Shown: in pieces, positions 11,378-21,650 of the stretch
Layout: each line of letters opens with the position of its first letter
Position numbering within the stretch: position 1 is the first letter of the stretch
Source of the DNA: Promethearchaeota archaeon
GTDB lineage: Archaea; Asgardarchaeota; Lokiarchaeia; Sigyniarchaeales; SOKP01
DNA: 64,000 nt
Direction of reading: 5' to 3'
Assembly: GCA_048940925.1 (NCBI GenBank)
Contig: JBHLOC010000019.1
Location: forward strand, 1-64,000
Made by a program: the position numbers and the translations under genes
Notes under the pieces: model-generated
Database searches by the model: none
What the model saw: only the letters and a program-made list of their open reading frames with translations
Told to the model about the DNA's origin: nothing

Positions 11378-12721
11378 TTAGGGAGTTTTATTTAATTGAT
11401 ATTTTTCAAGAGATAAAATTGGTTTGAGCTGGATTAAATTTTCTTTCCTATTCTTTATCCAATTTAACTCTAATTTTATATCCTTTCTAATTTGAACTTT
11501 ATTTTGAAGTGAGGTTATACTTAACAACTTTAAAGTTTTTTTATAATATCTAATTGCTTTTTGTTTTGAATTTAGTTTAGCAAAAACTTTTGCTAAATTC
11601 CAAAAATATAGAAAATCGTCTCTATACAATTTTATCGCATTCAAGAATAGCCCTAATGATTGTGTATAATTTTTATTATGATATTCTTTAATACCTCGAT
11701 AGAAATAATCTAAAGAATCTCTCTTAACGATGTTAGTTGAAAAAAAAGATATATTTTCTTGTTTAATACTTTCACATAATTGATTCAAGTCATTTATTAT
11801 TTTAGATTTTTCGATTTTATCATGTAAAAATTTATCGATAAAGGCACGGCCATATGATTCAATAGAGGAAAATATAACTTTTTGACTACCAGGGATAATA
11901 GGGGCATTTTTTAAAAGATTGTATAAGATAGTCTGTAATTTAAATTTAATTAAGTATTCAACAACTTCTAAAATATGATTTCTTTCAATTTTAAAAGCGT
12001 AATTTTTAGATAACATTTCAGTTAAGTAAATTTTAACTATTTGGGGGGATTGGATTAGTGCCTTATCAATGAATTTATAGTCTTTATTCTTATTATTTCT
12101 AACTTTTAATGTCTCAATTAACAAAAAATTTAAAAGATCTTCTTGTTCTTTTGTTAGAAATAAGTTTTTGAAGTTAACTATTTTTTCCGATAACATCCTT
12201 TTACGAATAGATGAGAATATTTGAAATATGTTAAGATAATTATTATGCTCAGGTTTATTACACGTTAATCTTACAGAAGGTATTGATTCGTGATTATAAA
12301 AATTAGTTTGAATTATTTTTTCGAATCCGATCTTTTCCAAAATTTCCTTCAACAGTTTAGGAGGAAAGCAGAATTTATGTTCTAAGCCCTCATGAGGAAG
12401 TCCATAAATCCAACGTAATATGTCCTTCTTTTGTTCATAATTTGAGCCTAAATAAGCACGGAAAGCTTTTTCTAAATCGGGAGTTTCTAAAATTAATTTT
12501 CCATTTGGTTCTAAAACTCTGAAAAACTCGCTAAGTGCATAGATTGATTGGTAGAATCCTAAATGTTCAATTAAATGTATAGCTTTAATTTCTTCAGAAG
12601 AATTATTTGAGATTTCGAGATCAAAAGCTGACATTATCTTATCAGAGACCAAATTATCATATAAATCTATATTATAATAATCTGGTTCAAACTTTTTTCC
12701 ACAACCAATATTTAACTTCAT
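11378..12721 (-). CDS. Class I SAM-dependent methyltransferase-like domain fused to C-terminal TPR repeats
   Basis: LNIGCG, HLIEHL, FRVLEPNGKL; TPR-like helices (YFWNLAKVFAKL..KQKAIRYYKK). Confidence 0.8.
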   Translation of the reverse strand: MKLNIGCGKKFEPDYYNIDLYDNLVSDKIMSAFDLEISNNSSEEIKAIHLIEHLGFYQSIYALSEFFRVLEPNGKLILETPDLEKAFRAYLGSNYEQKKDILRWIYGLPHEGLEHKFCFPPKLLKEILEKIGFEKIIQTNFYNHESIPSVRLTCNKPEHNNYLNIFQIFSSIRKRMLSEKIVNFKNLFLTKEQEDLLNFLLIETLKVRNNKNKDYKFIDKALIQSPQIVKIYLTEMLSKNYAFKIERNHILEVVEYLIKFKLQTILYNLLKNAPIIPGSQKVIFSSIESYGRAFIDKFLHDKIEKSKIINDLNQLCESIKQENISFFSTNIVKRDSLDYFYRGIKEYHNKNYTQSLGLFLNAIKLYRDDFLYFWNLAKVFAKLNSKQKAIRYYKKTLKLLSITSLQNKVQIRKDIKLELNWIKNRKENLIQLKPILSLEKYQLNKTP

Positions 12722-12978
12722 TTTCTATCTTTAAAATTTTTTAGACTAACACTTGAATATAAAGCTCCTTCAGGATAAACAGGTTCAGTGCTTCTCATAT
12801 ATAATATTAACGCTATATTCCAAAATAAAACAGTAAAAACAGTTAAAATGATAATTACCATTAATGCAAGAATTAATGGCAATCTATTTTTGAATAGAAG
12901 AACACTATTGATATCTTTACGTGATAATCCTAATTCTTTTCCAATATTATATAGTTGAAAAATTTCTTTAAAAATCAA
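12718..12978 (-). CDS. Small single-TM protein, paralog of 12985-13269
   Basis: Near-identical TM segment; conserved YPxGAxYSS tail; overlaps the next gene by 4 nt. Confidence 0.8.
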   Translation of the reverse strand: MIFKEIFQLYNIGKELGLSRKDINSVLLFKNRLPLILALMVIIILTVFTVLFWNIALILYMRSTEPVYPEGALYSSVSLKNFKDRK

Positions 12979-12984
12979 TTTTTA

Positions 12985-13269
12985 TCACCTTATTCTTTTA
13001 ATTTTAATTCTTTTCTTTTTCTTAAAATCTTTTATACTAATACTAGAATATCTAGCTCCACTAGGATATGTTGACTCAGTTGATCTTGTATAGAGAATTA
13101 AAGCTATATTCCAAAATAAAACAGTAAAAACAGTTAAAATGATAATTACCATTAATGCAAGAATTAATGGAAATCTATTTTTAAAAATAAGAACACTATT
13201 GATTTCTTTACTTGATAACCCTAATTCTTTCCCAATTTTATAAAGTTCAAAAATATTTTTAATAACCAT
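12985..13269 (-). CDS. Small single-TM protein, paralog of 12718-12978
   Basis: Tandem duplicate; basic C-terminus. Confidence 0.8.
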   Translation of the reverse strand: MVIKNIFELYKIGKELGLSSKEINSVLIFKNRFPLILALMVIIILTVFTVLFWNIALILYTRSTESTYPSGARYSSISIKDFKKKKRIKIKRIR

Positions 13270-13299
13270 ATTTTTCTCTACAATTTTTTTTTTTCAATT

Positions 13300-14424
13300 T
13301 TATTTCAATATAATTTTTTGATATAAGTATTTATATTTTGAAATTTTAGAATCAATTTTCCACCTAAATGGCAGAGATTCATTTTTAAATAATTTTTTCT
13401 CAATCGCTCTTAAACAATATGGATTATTAAAAGAATTCAAAGCTAACTTCGTACCTAAACATCCACCTTTACACTTTTTAAACATTTTACATGTGAAACA
13501 ATAATCTTGTGGGTTTATTTTATGAAAATATTGATTGTACTTTATATCTAATCTAGAATTTATGATATCAGAAAGATTTGAGGTCCTAACATTACCTACA
13601 ATAAAATCATCTGATAAAGTTAGACATCCTTTAACATTTCCATTGCTTTGAATTCCTAAAACTGATCTGCCTGCTTGACAACCAATCCAAGGTTCTAATC
13701 CTAATTCAGGTAAAATTATTGAAAAATATCCCAAACAATGTGCACCTATTAATGGTAATTCTCTTATTGAGTATTTTTTGAGATTTGATGCTATGAACAT
13801 AGCAACTCCATAAAATTGTTCTCTAGAAATCATCAAATCTCTTGGAAATCTTCCAATTGGGACTGCTATTTGAATTTGCCATGCTATTTTTTTATTGATT
13901 AATAAATCTCGTATCAAATTTAGTTCTTTAATATTAATTTTATTAACCGTAGTTATGACACTTATCGGCAGCTTCTCTTTTCTAAGAATTTTTATCACGT
14001 GTAATACTTTATCAAAAGCACCTTTAATTCCCCTTATGTAGTCATGAGTTTTAGAGGTTCCACCATCTAAACTTAAAGAAATACAATCTGTTTGTAAAGT
14101 TTTTAATTTTTGAATTTGATTTGTTATATTTAATCCATTAGAAACAATTGTTAGTTTCATTTGATTTTTTTTAATTTCTTGAGCAACTTCAAACCAATCA
14201 TCTCGTAAAAAGGGTTCACCCCCCATTAAAGCTATCCCATCATATCCACAAGAATTTAAGTCATTTACTAATTTTAAGGCTTCCTCAGTATTAAGCTCAT
14301 CTGATCGGGATTTACCTGCTGATGATCCGCAATGGATACATTTACTATTACATTTTAAAGTGAATTCCCATACAGCACATTTATGTTTAAAGATATGGGA
14401 CAATTGATATTTTATATTTGACAT
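13300..14424 (-). CDS. Radical SAM/SPASM domain protein
   Basis: CNSKCIHC (CxxxCxxC), GGEP; SPASM cysteines CQAG, GCL, CFTC..CKGGC..C. Confidence 0.93.
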   Translation of the reverse strand: MSNIKYQLSHIFKHKCAVWEFTLKCNSKCIHCGSSAGKSRSDELNTEEALKLVNDLNSCGYDGIALMGGEPFLRDDWFEVAQEIKKNQMKLTIVSNGLNITNQIQKLKTLQTDCISLSLDGGTSKTHDYIRGIKGAFDKVLHVIKILRKEKLPISVITTVNKINIKELNLIRDLLINKKIAWQIQIAVPIGRFPRDLMISREQFYGVAMFIASNLKKYSIRELPLIGAHCLGYFSIILPELGLEPWIGCQAGRSVLGIQSNGNVKGCLTLSDDFIVGNVRTSNLSDIINSRLDIKYNQYFHKINPQDYCFTCKMFKKCKGGCLGTKLALNSFNNPYCLRAIEKKLFKNESLPFRWKIDSKISKYKYLYQKIILK

Positions 14425-14550
14425 AGAAATGGGATTTCAAGATAATTTCAAATACTAATATTAATGATCCAAATTCTTAATAAAAATGTTTTCAAAAAAG
14501 ATATTGATTTTAGATTAATAAAAGTTTAAGGTGCACTTTTCAAACAATCG

Positions 14551-15666
14551 CTAAAAAAGAATAAAGTTGCAAGAGGGGCATTTCTTCTTATCACCAATTA
14601 TGATTCGACTACAATTCGGACATATAATAACCCTTTTCTGCAGTGTCCTTTTTTGACTGGATTCTTTAATCTCGACGCCTATTGGTACTTTTGCATGAAT
14701 TATTTTAGGTTTTTCCTTAGCTTCTAATTCGTGCAAATATTCAATAATGTTCTTTTTTTCCATCTTTTTTAATTCTGCGATAGATGGAATTTTTCCTGCT
14801 TGCACATCATAGACAAAATTTTCATCGAGTTTTAATATGTTAAAACAATTATGACACCGAAATACATAAGGAATGCCAATATTAGTAGTTTTAGCCCATT
14901 GAGCCCAACAAATTTTATGTGCCACTGTCTCGCAAGAAGGACATTGAACAATACCATGATCATCTCTATTAAAACAAATCGAACATGTTGCCTCTTTATT
15001 TAAAATTATAGGTTCATCGGCCAAATTTAAGTAAAAAAGTTGATTATCTTTGAGAATCATTCTTATTTGGGATTTTATAAAAGAAGGCTCAGAAATATAC
15101 TTTTTTTCAGATAATTTTGATAATAAAGGATTTAAATTGCGAAGTTGATCAATCTCATGGAATTCTCCATTACATAAATGAGCTAAATTCTCCAATTTTC
15201 TGCTTTCCTCCGAATTACCAATTCCAATACGTATAATATCGATAAAAAATGGAAAGTCCTTCACAACTTTAATCAATTCTACTATAGGTGGTAAATATTC
15301 TTCGGGAATTTCATAAGTTCCCTCATCAACTAAGATTAACAAGCGAAATACTTTTTCAGAAATTTTCTTAAAAACATCAATAATAAATGTAATCGCTATA
15401 AAGATCCCCCCAGCAACATTCGCTCGCACAATATCATCCTTTAGTGATTTTAATGTATCTAAAATATGATCTGGATCAAATGTAAAATGATCTAAATAAT
15501 TTGGTCCATCTTCTTGAAATATTATAAGATTATATCTACCAGAAGGATCATTAGCTCGCTTATTTTTTATAAAATTTTCGATCGAGGGATAAACTTGTTT
15601 GAATTTAATAATTTCTGGTGAAAAACCATAAAAAATAAGACAATCTTCACTCTTCGTAGTTTCCAT
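14551..15666 (-). CDS. vWA-like domain + C4HC3 (RINGv/PHD-type) finger + C-terminal zinc ribbon
   Basis: vWA-like strands RLLILVD and FFIDIIRIG, LAHLCNGEF; CSIC..CPSC..HKICWAQW..CHNC; CPNC..CPSC. Confidence 0.7.
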   Translation of the reverse strand: METTKSEDCLIFYGFSPEIIKFKQVYPSIENFIKNKRANDPSGRYNLIIFQEDGPNYLDHFTFDPDHILDTLKSLKDDIVRANVAGGIFIAITFIIDVFKKISEKVFRLLILVDEGTYEIPEEYLPPIVELIKVVKDFPFFIDIIRIGIGNSEESRKLENLAHLCNGEFHEIDQLRNLNPLLSKLSEKKYISEPSFIKSQIRMILKDNQLFYLNLADEPIILNKEATCSICFNRDDHGIVQCPSCETVAHKICWAQWAKTTNIGIPYVFRCHNCFNILKLDENFVYDVQAGKIPSIAELKKMEKKNIIEYLHELEAKEKPKIIHAKVPIGVEIKESSQKRTLQKRVIICPNCSRIIIGDKKKCPSCNFILF

Positions 15667-15991
15667 GTTAATTTATGATAATTAAAGTATTGATGAATTA
15701 TAATTACATTTAATATAAAATTTGTATAAAAGTTAATAAGTTTAAGGATAAACTAAATTTAGATATCAATTCTGGATGCTAAGAACCACTCTCCTTTATA
15801 AAGATTAAAAGCTTAATTTTGATTCGCTTAATATATATTCCTCATTATATTATCATACAACAAATTTTTTATAAAAACAACCTTTCTACCATTTAAGTTA
15901 TGAAAGGTAATATCAAAACATTATAGAAGAGCAGATTTTTTACGCTTATGTATATGTTTTAATTGATTCCAATTAATAACGAGGAAATAAA

Positions 15992-16249
15992 ATGCAAATA
16001 TACCGATTAAAAATAAATAAAAACATTTGTATCGGTTGTAATGATTGTGTTGTTAGCTGCCCATTGAATTTCCAACAATTAAAAGAGAATGGATATTTGA
16101 CTGAAGAAAACGCAGTAGTATTGGTTAAAAATGGAACGGCTTACGATATCTATGATGAAAGTAGAGATGTAAACTGTGATGGTTGTGGTGTCTGCTTGAA
16201 ATTCTGCCCGGTATCAGCTATAGAATTACAGTTAATTGAAGTTAAATGA
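15992..16249 (+). CDS. fwdG: Formylmethanofuran dehydrogenase 2[4Fe-4S] subunit (FwdG-like)
   Basis: Two CxxCxxCxxxCP motifs; first gene of the fwd operon. Confidence 0.75.
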   Translation: MQIYRLKINKNICIGCNDCVVSCPLNFQQLKENGYLTEENAVVLVKNGTAYDIYDESRDVNCDGCGVCLKFCPVSAIELQLIEVK

Positions 16250-16259
16250 GGGAGAAAAT

Positions 16260-16985
16260 ATGTCATTTCCAAAAATTTCACGTTCAATAAGTAAAGATCT
16301 TGAACACGTAAAAGTTCAATTCCTTACAGAAAGTTTGGAACTTATTTTGGATAGAACCAAATGTGTTGGTTGCGGTACATGCGCTAGAGTTTGCCCCAAG
16401 GAAGCTATTTCACGTGGACCAGTAGCGGCAGCTCGTCGGTTCCCAACTATGGAAGAGATTATTCCAGAAATATATGATCCTGAAAAATGCGTGTTTTGCG
16501 GGACATGTGTGACTATGTGTCCATTTAGTGCTTTAACGCTTAAAAAAGATGGGCAAACGATAGAGTTAGAAAATATTCAAATTGTAAAAGAAAATGTTGT
16601 TCCCAAACTCGAATTTGAGGCAAAAAAAGTAATTGATAATGCGGGAGTGGAGAGGATCGCGAAAAAATATGCAGAAGCTGAAATAGAAGTAATTGATGAG
16701 AAATGCCCTCAAGGATGTGGTTCATGTGCTGAAGTATGTCCAACAGGTACAATTATAATAGCAAAAAGACCCGAACATGGTTGGGAAATGTCAAAAAACG
16801 TTGAAGTAGCTGATTCAGATGCATGTGTCGCTTGTGGGGCATGTGACAACGCCTGTCCGTCAGGTGCTCTTCAATTAAAAATAACTGAAGTAAAAACTTC
16901 AGGAGAATTCAGTGAGTTGTTCTGGGAACCACTTTTAGAAAGATTAAAAACGTTAAGATGGAGCGAATCAAAAGAGGAGTCATAA
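16260..16985 (+). CDS. fwdF: Formylmethanofuran dehydrogenase polyferredoxin subunit (FwdF-like)
   Basis: Four ferredoxin motifs; likely ATG at 16260 after GAGGGAG. Confidence 0.8.
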   Translation: MSFPKISRSISKDLEHVKVQFLTESLELILDRTKCVGCGTCARVCPKEAISRGPVAAARRFPTMEEIIPEIYDPEKCVFCGTCVTMCPFSALTLKKDGQTIELENIQIVKENVVPKLEFEAKKVIDNAGVERIAKKYAEAEIEVIDEKCPQGCGSCAEVCPTGTIIIAKRPEHGWEMSKNVEVADSDACVACGACDNACPSGALQLKITEVKTSGEFSELFWEPLLERLKTLRWSESKEES

Positions 16986-16986
16986 G

Positions 16987-17382
16987 ATGATTATGAATAA
17001 TTTGATATTGATAACGTGTCGAACAATTAATCAAGGTATTGCTCTAGAAGGCGGAAAGAACACTCGTGAAAACGTTCGAGCAGCTGCTATATGTGCTTTT
17101 GATAAAGATGATTTTAGGAAGTTGGATTGTCTTGTGGGGACACCAGTTAAGGTATCGACAAATTACGGTGAGGTGATGGTATATTCTACTATTTCAGAAG
17201 AAGGACCTCATCCGGGAATTATTTTTATACCTATGGGACCCTGGGCAAATCAAGTTGTTAATCCTGATTCTCAATCATGTGGGACTCCTACATATAAAGG
17301 TATGAAGGCAAGTGTAGAAGCGGTTCCAAATGGAAAAGTATTGGATGCAGTAGAACTAATTAGTACATTAAGGGAGGCATAA
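16987..17382 (+). CDS. fwdD: Formylmethanofuran dehydrogenase subunit D
   Basis: TCRTINQG, IFIPMGPWAN, GTPTYKG. Confidence 0.93.
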   Translation: MIMNNLILITCRTINQGIALEGGKNTRENVRAAAICAFDKDDFRKLDCLVGTPVKVSTNYGEVMVYSTISEEGPHPGIIFIPMGPWANQVVNPDSQSCGTPTYKGMKASVEAVPNGKVLDAVELISTLREA

Positions 17383-17384
17383 AA

Positions 17385-18716
17385 ATGGTATTAAAAAATA
17401 TAAAAACTATAACTGACGTAATTTGTCCTTTCTGTGGTACTTTATGTGACGATCTTGAAGTAGATGTAGATACTAGCGAACAGAAAGTTATAGAAGTAAG
17501 AAATGGATGTCAAATTGGAACAAAGAAATTTTTTTCATCAAATACAAGTGAACATCGATATGAAAAACCATTGATTAAAGATAATGGGGCTTATAAAGAA
17601 ATTTCATGGGATGAAGCTTTAGATAAAGCAGCAGATATTCTAATTAAAGCGAAAAGACCTTTATTATATGGTTTTTCGAGTACAGAGTGTGACGCACAGG
17701 GTAAAGGTGTGGAATTAGCTGAAATATTAGGAGCAATTTTAGATAATACATCTTCAGTATGTCATGGACCATCATTGTTAGCAATTCAAGATGTGGGAGC
17801 ACCTACTTCAACTTTAGGGGAGTATAAAAACAGAGCTGATCTCGTAATATTTTGGGGATCGAATCCTGTTCATGCACACCCACGACATCTTGGGAGATAT
17901 AGTGAATTTGTACGGGGTTATTTTAGAAAAGACGGGCGAAATGATAGATTCATTATAGTTATAGATCCTAGAAACACAAATACAGCTCAAATCGCTGATT
18001 TATATATACAAGTCAAACCTAACGAAGATTATGAGTTAATTAACGCAATTAGAGCACTGTTAAGAGGGGCAGATTTAGATGAAGAAGAAGAAATATCAGG
18101 AGTTCCTATGGACAAAATTAAAGAATTGGTAGAAAAACTAAAATCTTGTAATTTTGGGGTCATCTTTTTTGGTATGGGATTAACCCAATCATTATCACAC
18201 CATCGAAATATTGATGCTGCTATAAGTCTAGTACGAGAACTGAATGATCATACTAAATTTTTATTAACTCCTATGAGAGGACATTACAATGTAGCGGGTG
18301 CAAACCAAGTTTTTACTTGGCAAACAGGCTATAATTATTCTATAGATTTTTCTAAAGGTTATCCCCGATATAATCCGGGAGAATTTTCTTCTGTTGATGT
18401 TTTGATAAGAGATGAAATTGATGCTTCATTAATAGTTGCCTCAGACCCTGCTAGTAACTTTCCAGCACCAGCAGTAAAGAATATGTTTAAGCATCCTTTA
18501 ATTTCCATTGAACCTCATCACACTCCAACCTCTGTAAATGCAGATATAATTTTACCACCTGCTATAGCTGGAATAGAGTGCGAAGGAACTGCATATCGTA
18601 TGGATAATGTTCCTTTAAGATTGAGAAAAGTTAAGGATGCGCCAGGAGAATGTTTAACTGATCATGAGATTCTAGAAAGATTAATAGAAGTAGTTAAAAA
18701 GAAAAAGGGAGAGTAG
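17385..18716 (+). CDS. fwdB: Formylmethanofuran dehydrogenase subunit B (Cys form)
   Basis: CPFCGTLCDD, SVCHGPS, HAHPRH, MRGHYNV, GTAYRMD. Confidence 0.96.
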   Translation: MVLKNIKTITDVICPFCGTLCDDLEVDVDTSEQKVIEVRNGCQIGTKKFFSSNTSEHRYEKPLIKDNGAYKEISWDEALDKAADILIKAKRPLLYGFSSTECDAQGKGVELAEILGAILDNTSSVCHGPSLLAIQDVGAPTSTLGEYKNRADLVIFWGSNPVHAHPRHLGRYSEFVRGYFRKDGRNDRFIIVIDPRNTNTAQIADLYIQVKPNEDYELINAIRALLRGADLDEEEEISGVPMDKIKELVEKLKSCNFGVIFFGMGLTQSLSHHRNIDAAISLVRELNDHTKFLLTPMRGHYNVAGANQVFTWQTGYNYSIDFSKGYPRYNPGEFSSVDVLIRDEIDASLIVASDPASNFPAPAVKNMFKHPLISIEPHHTPTSVNADIILPPAIAGIECEGTAYRMDNVPLRLRKVKDAPGECLTDHEILERLIEVVKKKKGE

Positions 18717-18719
18717 ATC

Positions 18720-19529
18720 ATGGCTGAAATCAAATTAAAATTAAAAAAAGAACCAGAATTTCCATTAGAGGCAGAATCGATTACACCTGATAATTTTGCA
18801 GGTAAAACTCAGGCAGATATAAAAAAATTGATAATTTTTCATGGTAATGAAGAAAAAACAATAGGAGATTATTTTGAGCTTTCAGGTAAATCAGGAGATA
18901 TTAATGAATTAACCATTATAATTGAAGGAAACTTATCATCCGTTAAACGTATTGGAGAAAAGATGAGTGGTGGTGAAATTATCATCAATGGAAATGTAGG
19001 GATGCATGTCGGAAATAATATGACAGGAGGTAAAATTACGGTTAATGGAAATGCTGATGATTGGGCCGGTGCAATGTTAAAAGGAGGGGAACTTGAGATC
19101 AATGGGAATGCGGGTCATTATGTTGGCGCTGCTTATCGAGGATATTGGCAAGGTATGGAGGATGGTGTTATAATAGTTAAAGGAAAAGTTGGGAATGAAT
19201 CTATGTTATGGGCGCGAAATTCAAAAGGAGCTAATAAATGGCCTAAATTAATATGTGGAAGTGCATCTTCATTTTTAGGAATGCATAATCATGGTGGAAC
19301 AATTATAGTAGAAGGTGATTGTGATCGATGTGCAGGTGCAGATCAAGCATGGGGTAATATTGTTATAAAAGGTAAAGTTTCAAGAAGATTACCATCTTAT
19401 AAGAAAGTTGGAGAAGTAAACAGTGTTGAATTGCCTAATGGTGATAAGATTAATGGAAAATTTATTGAGTATTCAGGAGACCATTCTGTAAGAAAAGAAA
19501 CCAATGGCAGATTATTTATTGCTGTGTAA
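18720..19529 (+). CDS. fwdC: Formylmethanofuran dehydrogenase subunit C
   Basis: PLEAESITPD and repeated MxGGxIxIxGN beta-helix units. Confidence 0.95.
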   Translation: MAEIKLKLKKEPEFPLEAESITPDNFAGKTQADIKKLIIFHGNEEKTIGDYFELSGKSGDINELTIIIEGNLSSVKRIGEKMSGGEIIINGNVGMHVGNNMTGGKITVNGNADDWAGAMLKGGELEINGNAGHYVGAAYRGYWQGMEDGVIIVKGKVGNESMLWARNSKGANKWPKLICGSASSFLGMHNHGGTIIVEGDCDRCAGADQAWGNIVIKGKVSRRLPSYKKVGEVNSVELPNGDKINGKFIEYSGDHSVRKETNGRLFIAV

Positions 19530-19688
19530 ATTTATTTCTTATTATCCTATTTTTATCTTATAAATATAAATAGATATTTACTTTCCTTTTTTATAGTATT
19601 ATTTGTTATATATTTGACATTTTCACAATAAAAATTAAATAACTATTATTTCAATAAAAATTAATTATATTTAGTTTAAGGATTAAAA

Positions 19689-20504
19689 TTGTTTAAGCGA
19701 AAGATAAATATAACGAGGATCAACAAATCGAATAAAGAAGAAATAGTCGATGTTATTCTTTATGAAAGCGCAATTGATATATTTGTAAATTCTAAGCCAC
19801 TTGTAAATATTATATGTTTACCAAATAATTTAAAAGAACTAGCAGTAGGATTCTTATTTTCAATAGGAATTATTAATTCGATCAATGATCTTGAGGTAAT
19901 TGACGTTAATGAACTGGAATATTCCATAAATGTCAAATTAAGTGAAAATTTAGAATTTGACATTGAAAAACTCGATCTTAACTCAGTAAGTCGTGTTATT
20001 GATACTACTTGCGGTATACCATCACCTTGGCGCAATATCATTAAAAGAAAGTTGGATGAGGCTACATTTAATAATCCTATTAAATCTAAAACTGATATAA
20101 AATTAAACTCTAATCTTATTTTTTCTGCAATTAAAAAAATGCAAAAGTCTACCCCACTTTATCGCGAGACTGGAGGATGTCATGGGGCTGCCATGTTTGA
20201 CTTTGAAGGAAATTTAATAAGTAGTATGGAAGATATTGGGAGACATAATGCAATTGATAAAGTTATAGGAGATATGATTTTAAAAGAAACTCCCATAAAA
20301 AATATGTTTCTTACTTCAACAGGAAGACTAACGGGTGATTCTGTCTTAAAAGCAATAAGAGCAAAGATTCCTATTGTTGCATCTCTATCAGCAGCAATAG
20401 AATCGGGTATTAAGCTGGCTTTTGCATATGGTATTACTTTAATAGGATTTGCTAGAGGAAGCAGAATGAATATCTATACTCATCCTGAAAGAATTGAAAT
20501 TTAA
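19689..20504 (+). CDS. fdhD: Formate dehydrogenase accessory sulfurtransferase FdhD
   Basis: TGGCHGAA, EDIGRHNAIDK, TLIGFARG..NIYTHPERI. Confidence 0.95.
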   Translation: MFKRKINITRINKSNKEEIVDVILYESAIDIFVNSKPLVNIICLPNNLKELAVGFLFSIGIINSINDLEVIDVNELEYSINVKLSENLEFDIEKLDLNSVSRVIDTTCGIPSPWRNIIKRKLDEATFNNPIKSKTDIKLNSNLIFSAIKKMQKSTPLYRETGGCHGAAMFDFEGNLISSMEDIGRHNAIDKVIGDMILKETPIKNMFLTSTGRLTGDSVLKAIRAKIPIVASLSAAIESGIKLAFAYGITLIGFARGSRMNIYTHPERIEI

Positions 20505-20701
20505 ATTTATTTAGTTATTATAACATAATGATTAATCTTGTTCATATTTATAATAAAAATTAATTCTATGAAATCCTAATGGAATTCTGTCAAATTTAAA
20601 TTATTTATAAAAATAAGGTTAATAAAGGATTATTTTATTTCAAAAATTAATTAAATTGAATTGGAATTTAAATAACAATTAGAGCATAAAAGGTATTCAA
20701 A

Positions 20702-21517
20702 TTGATTTATCAAAATTTTATTGACATTATTTTTTCATGGTTTTCTGATAATTGGGTAAATATTGTAGTGGTAGCTCTTTCAATAATAGTCGGATGGTTA
20801 ATTTATTTAATTATCAAAAAACAATTAAAAAGACTCCAAAGAATTGGAAAATTAGAGATTCAAACAACTCGAAATTTACAAAAGCTTTTTAAATTTCTAA
20901 TTGGACTAATTATCATCAGTACTATTTTGATTCAATTTGTTGAAGCTATTGGATTGATCACATCGTTATTTACCCTAATGGGCGGCACTATCGTAGGTTT
21001 TGCGGCTATAAATACAATAGGAAACATGCTTGCTGGAATAATCATAATGATTAGTAGACCTTTTACTGTTGGAGATTATGTGGTTTACAAAGATAAAATT
21101 GCGAAAATTCAGGAAATTAAGCTAATTTTCACAATTTTGAAAGATTTAGATGGAATAAAAATTTCAGTTCCTAATCAAAAATTAATAACTGAAGATACTG
21201 AAAATCTTGGAAAAACTGACATAATCCGTAGAAAAATAAGCATTACAGCAGATTATCAAGAAGATAATGAAAAAGTTAAAAATGCTCTGTTAGAAGCAGC
21301 TAAATTAGTACCAGAAGTTTTAGAGGATCCCGAACCTTATGTGTGGATAACTAATTTTCTAAATTTTGCTGTAGAATATACTCTTTTTATTTTTATAAAC
21401 GATATTAAGCGAATTTCTATAATTGAAGCAAATTTGCGACAGAACATTCTTAATATTGTTGGTAAATACAATATTGATATCAGTACACCATCACTCGTTA
21501 AAAGTTTGGATAAATAA
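20702..21517 (+). CDS. Small-conductance mechanosensitive channel MscS family
   Basis: GFAA..IGNMLAGI..SRPFTVGD, SVPN, C-terminal IDISTP. Confidence 0.92.
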   Translation: MIYQNFIDIIFSWFSDNWVNIVVVALSIIVGWLIYLIIKKQLKRLQRIGKLEIQTTRNLQKLFKFLIGLIIISTILIQFVEAIGLITSLFTLMGGTIVGFAAINTIGNMLAGIIIMISRPFTVGDYVVYKDKIAKIQEIKLIFTILKDLDGIKISVPNQKLITEDTENLGKTDIIRRKISITADYQEDNEKVKNALLEAAKLVPEVLEDPEPYVWITNFLNFAVEYTLFIFINDIKRISIIEANLRQNILNIVGKYNIDISTPSLVKSLDK

Positions 21518-21650
21518 ATATTTCTATATTATTTTTTACAGGGATATAGATTAATAAAGTAAGCAAACATTGAAATTATTATTATAATCTGCCTTGTAAA
21601 TTTAGAGCTACAAAAAAATAATTGATTATGGTGAGCTTCTAATTACATAT

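Noticed and set aside
17385-18716. Possible selenocysteine in FwdB or HdrB
   Set aside because: Both frames are uninterrupted with Cys codons at the ligand positions; no in-frame TGA and no SECIS recognised.
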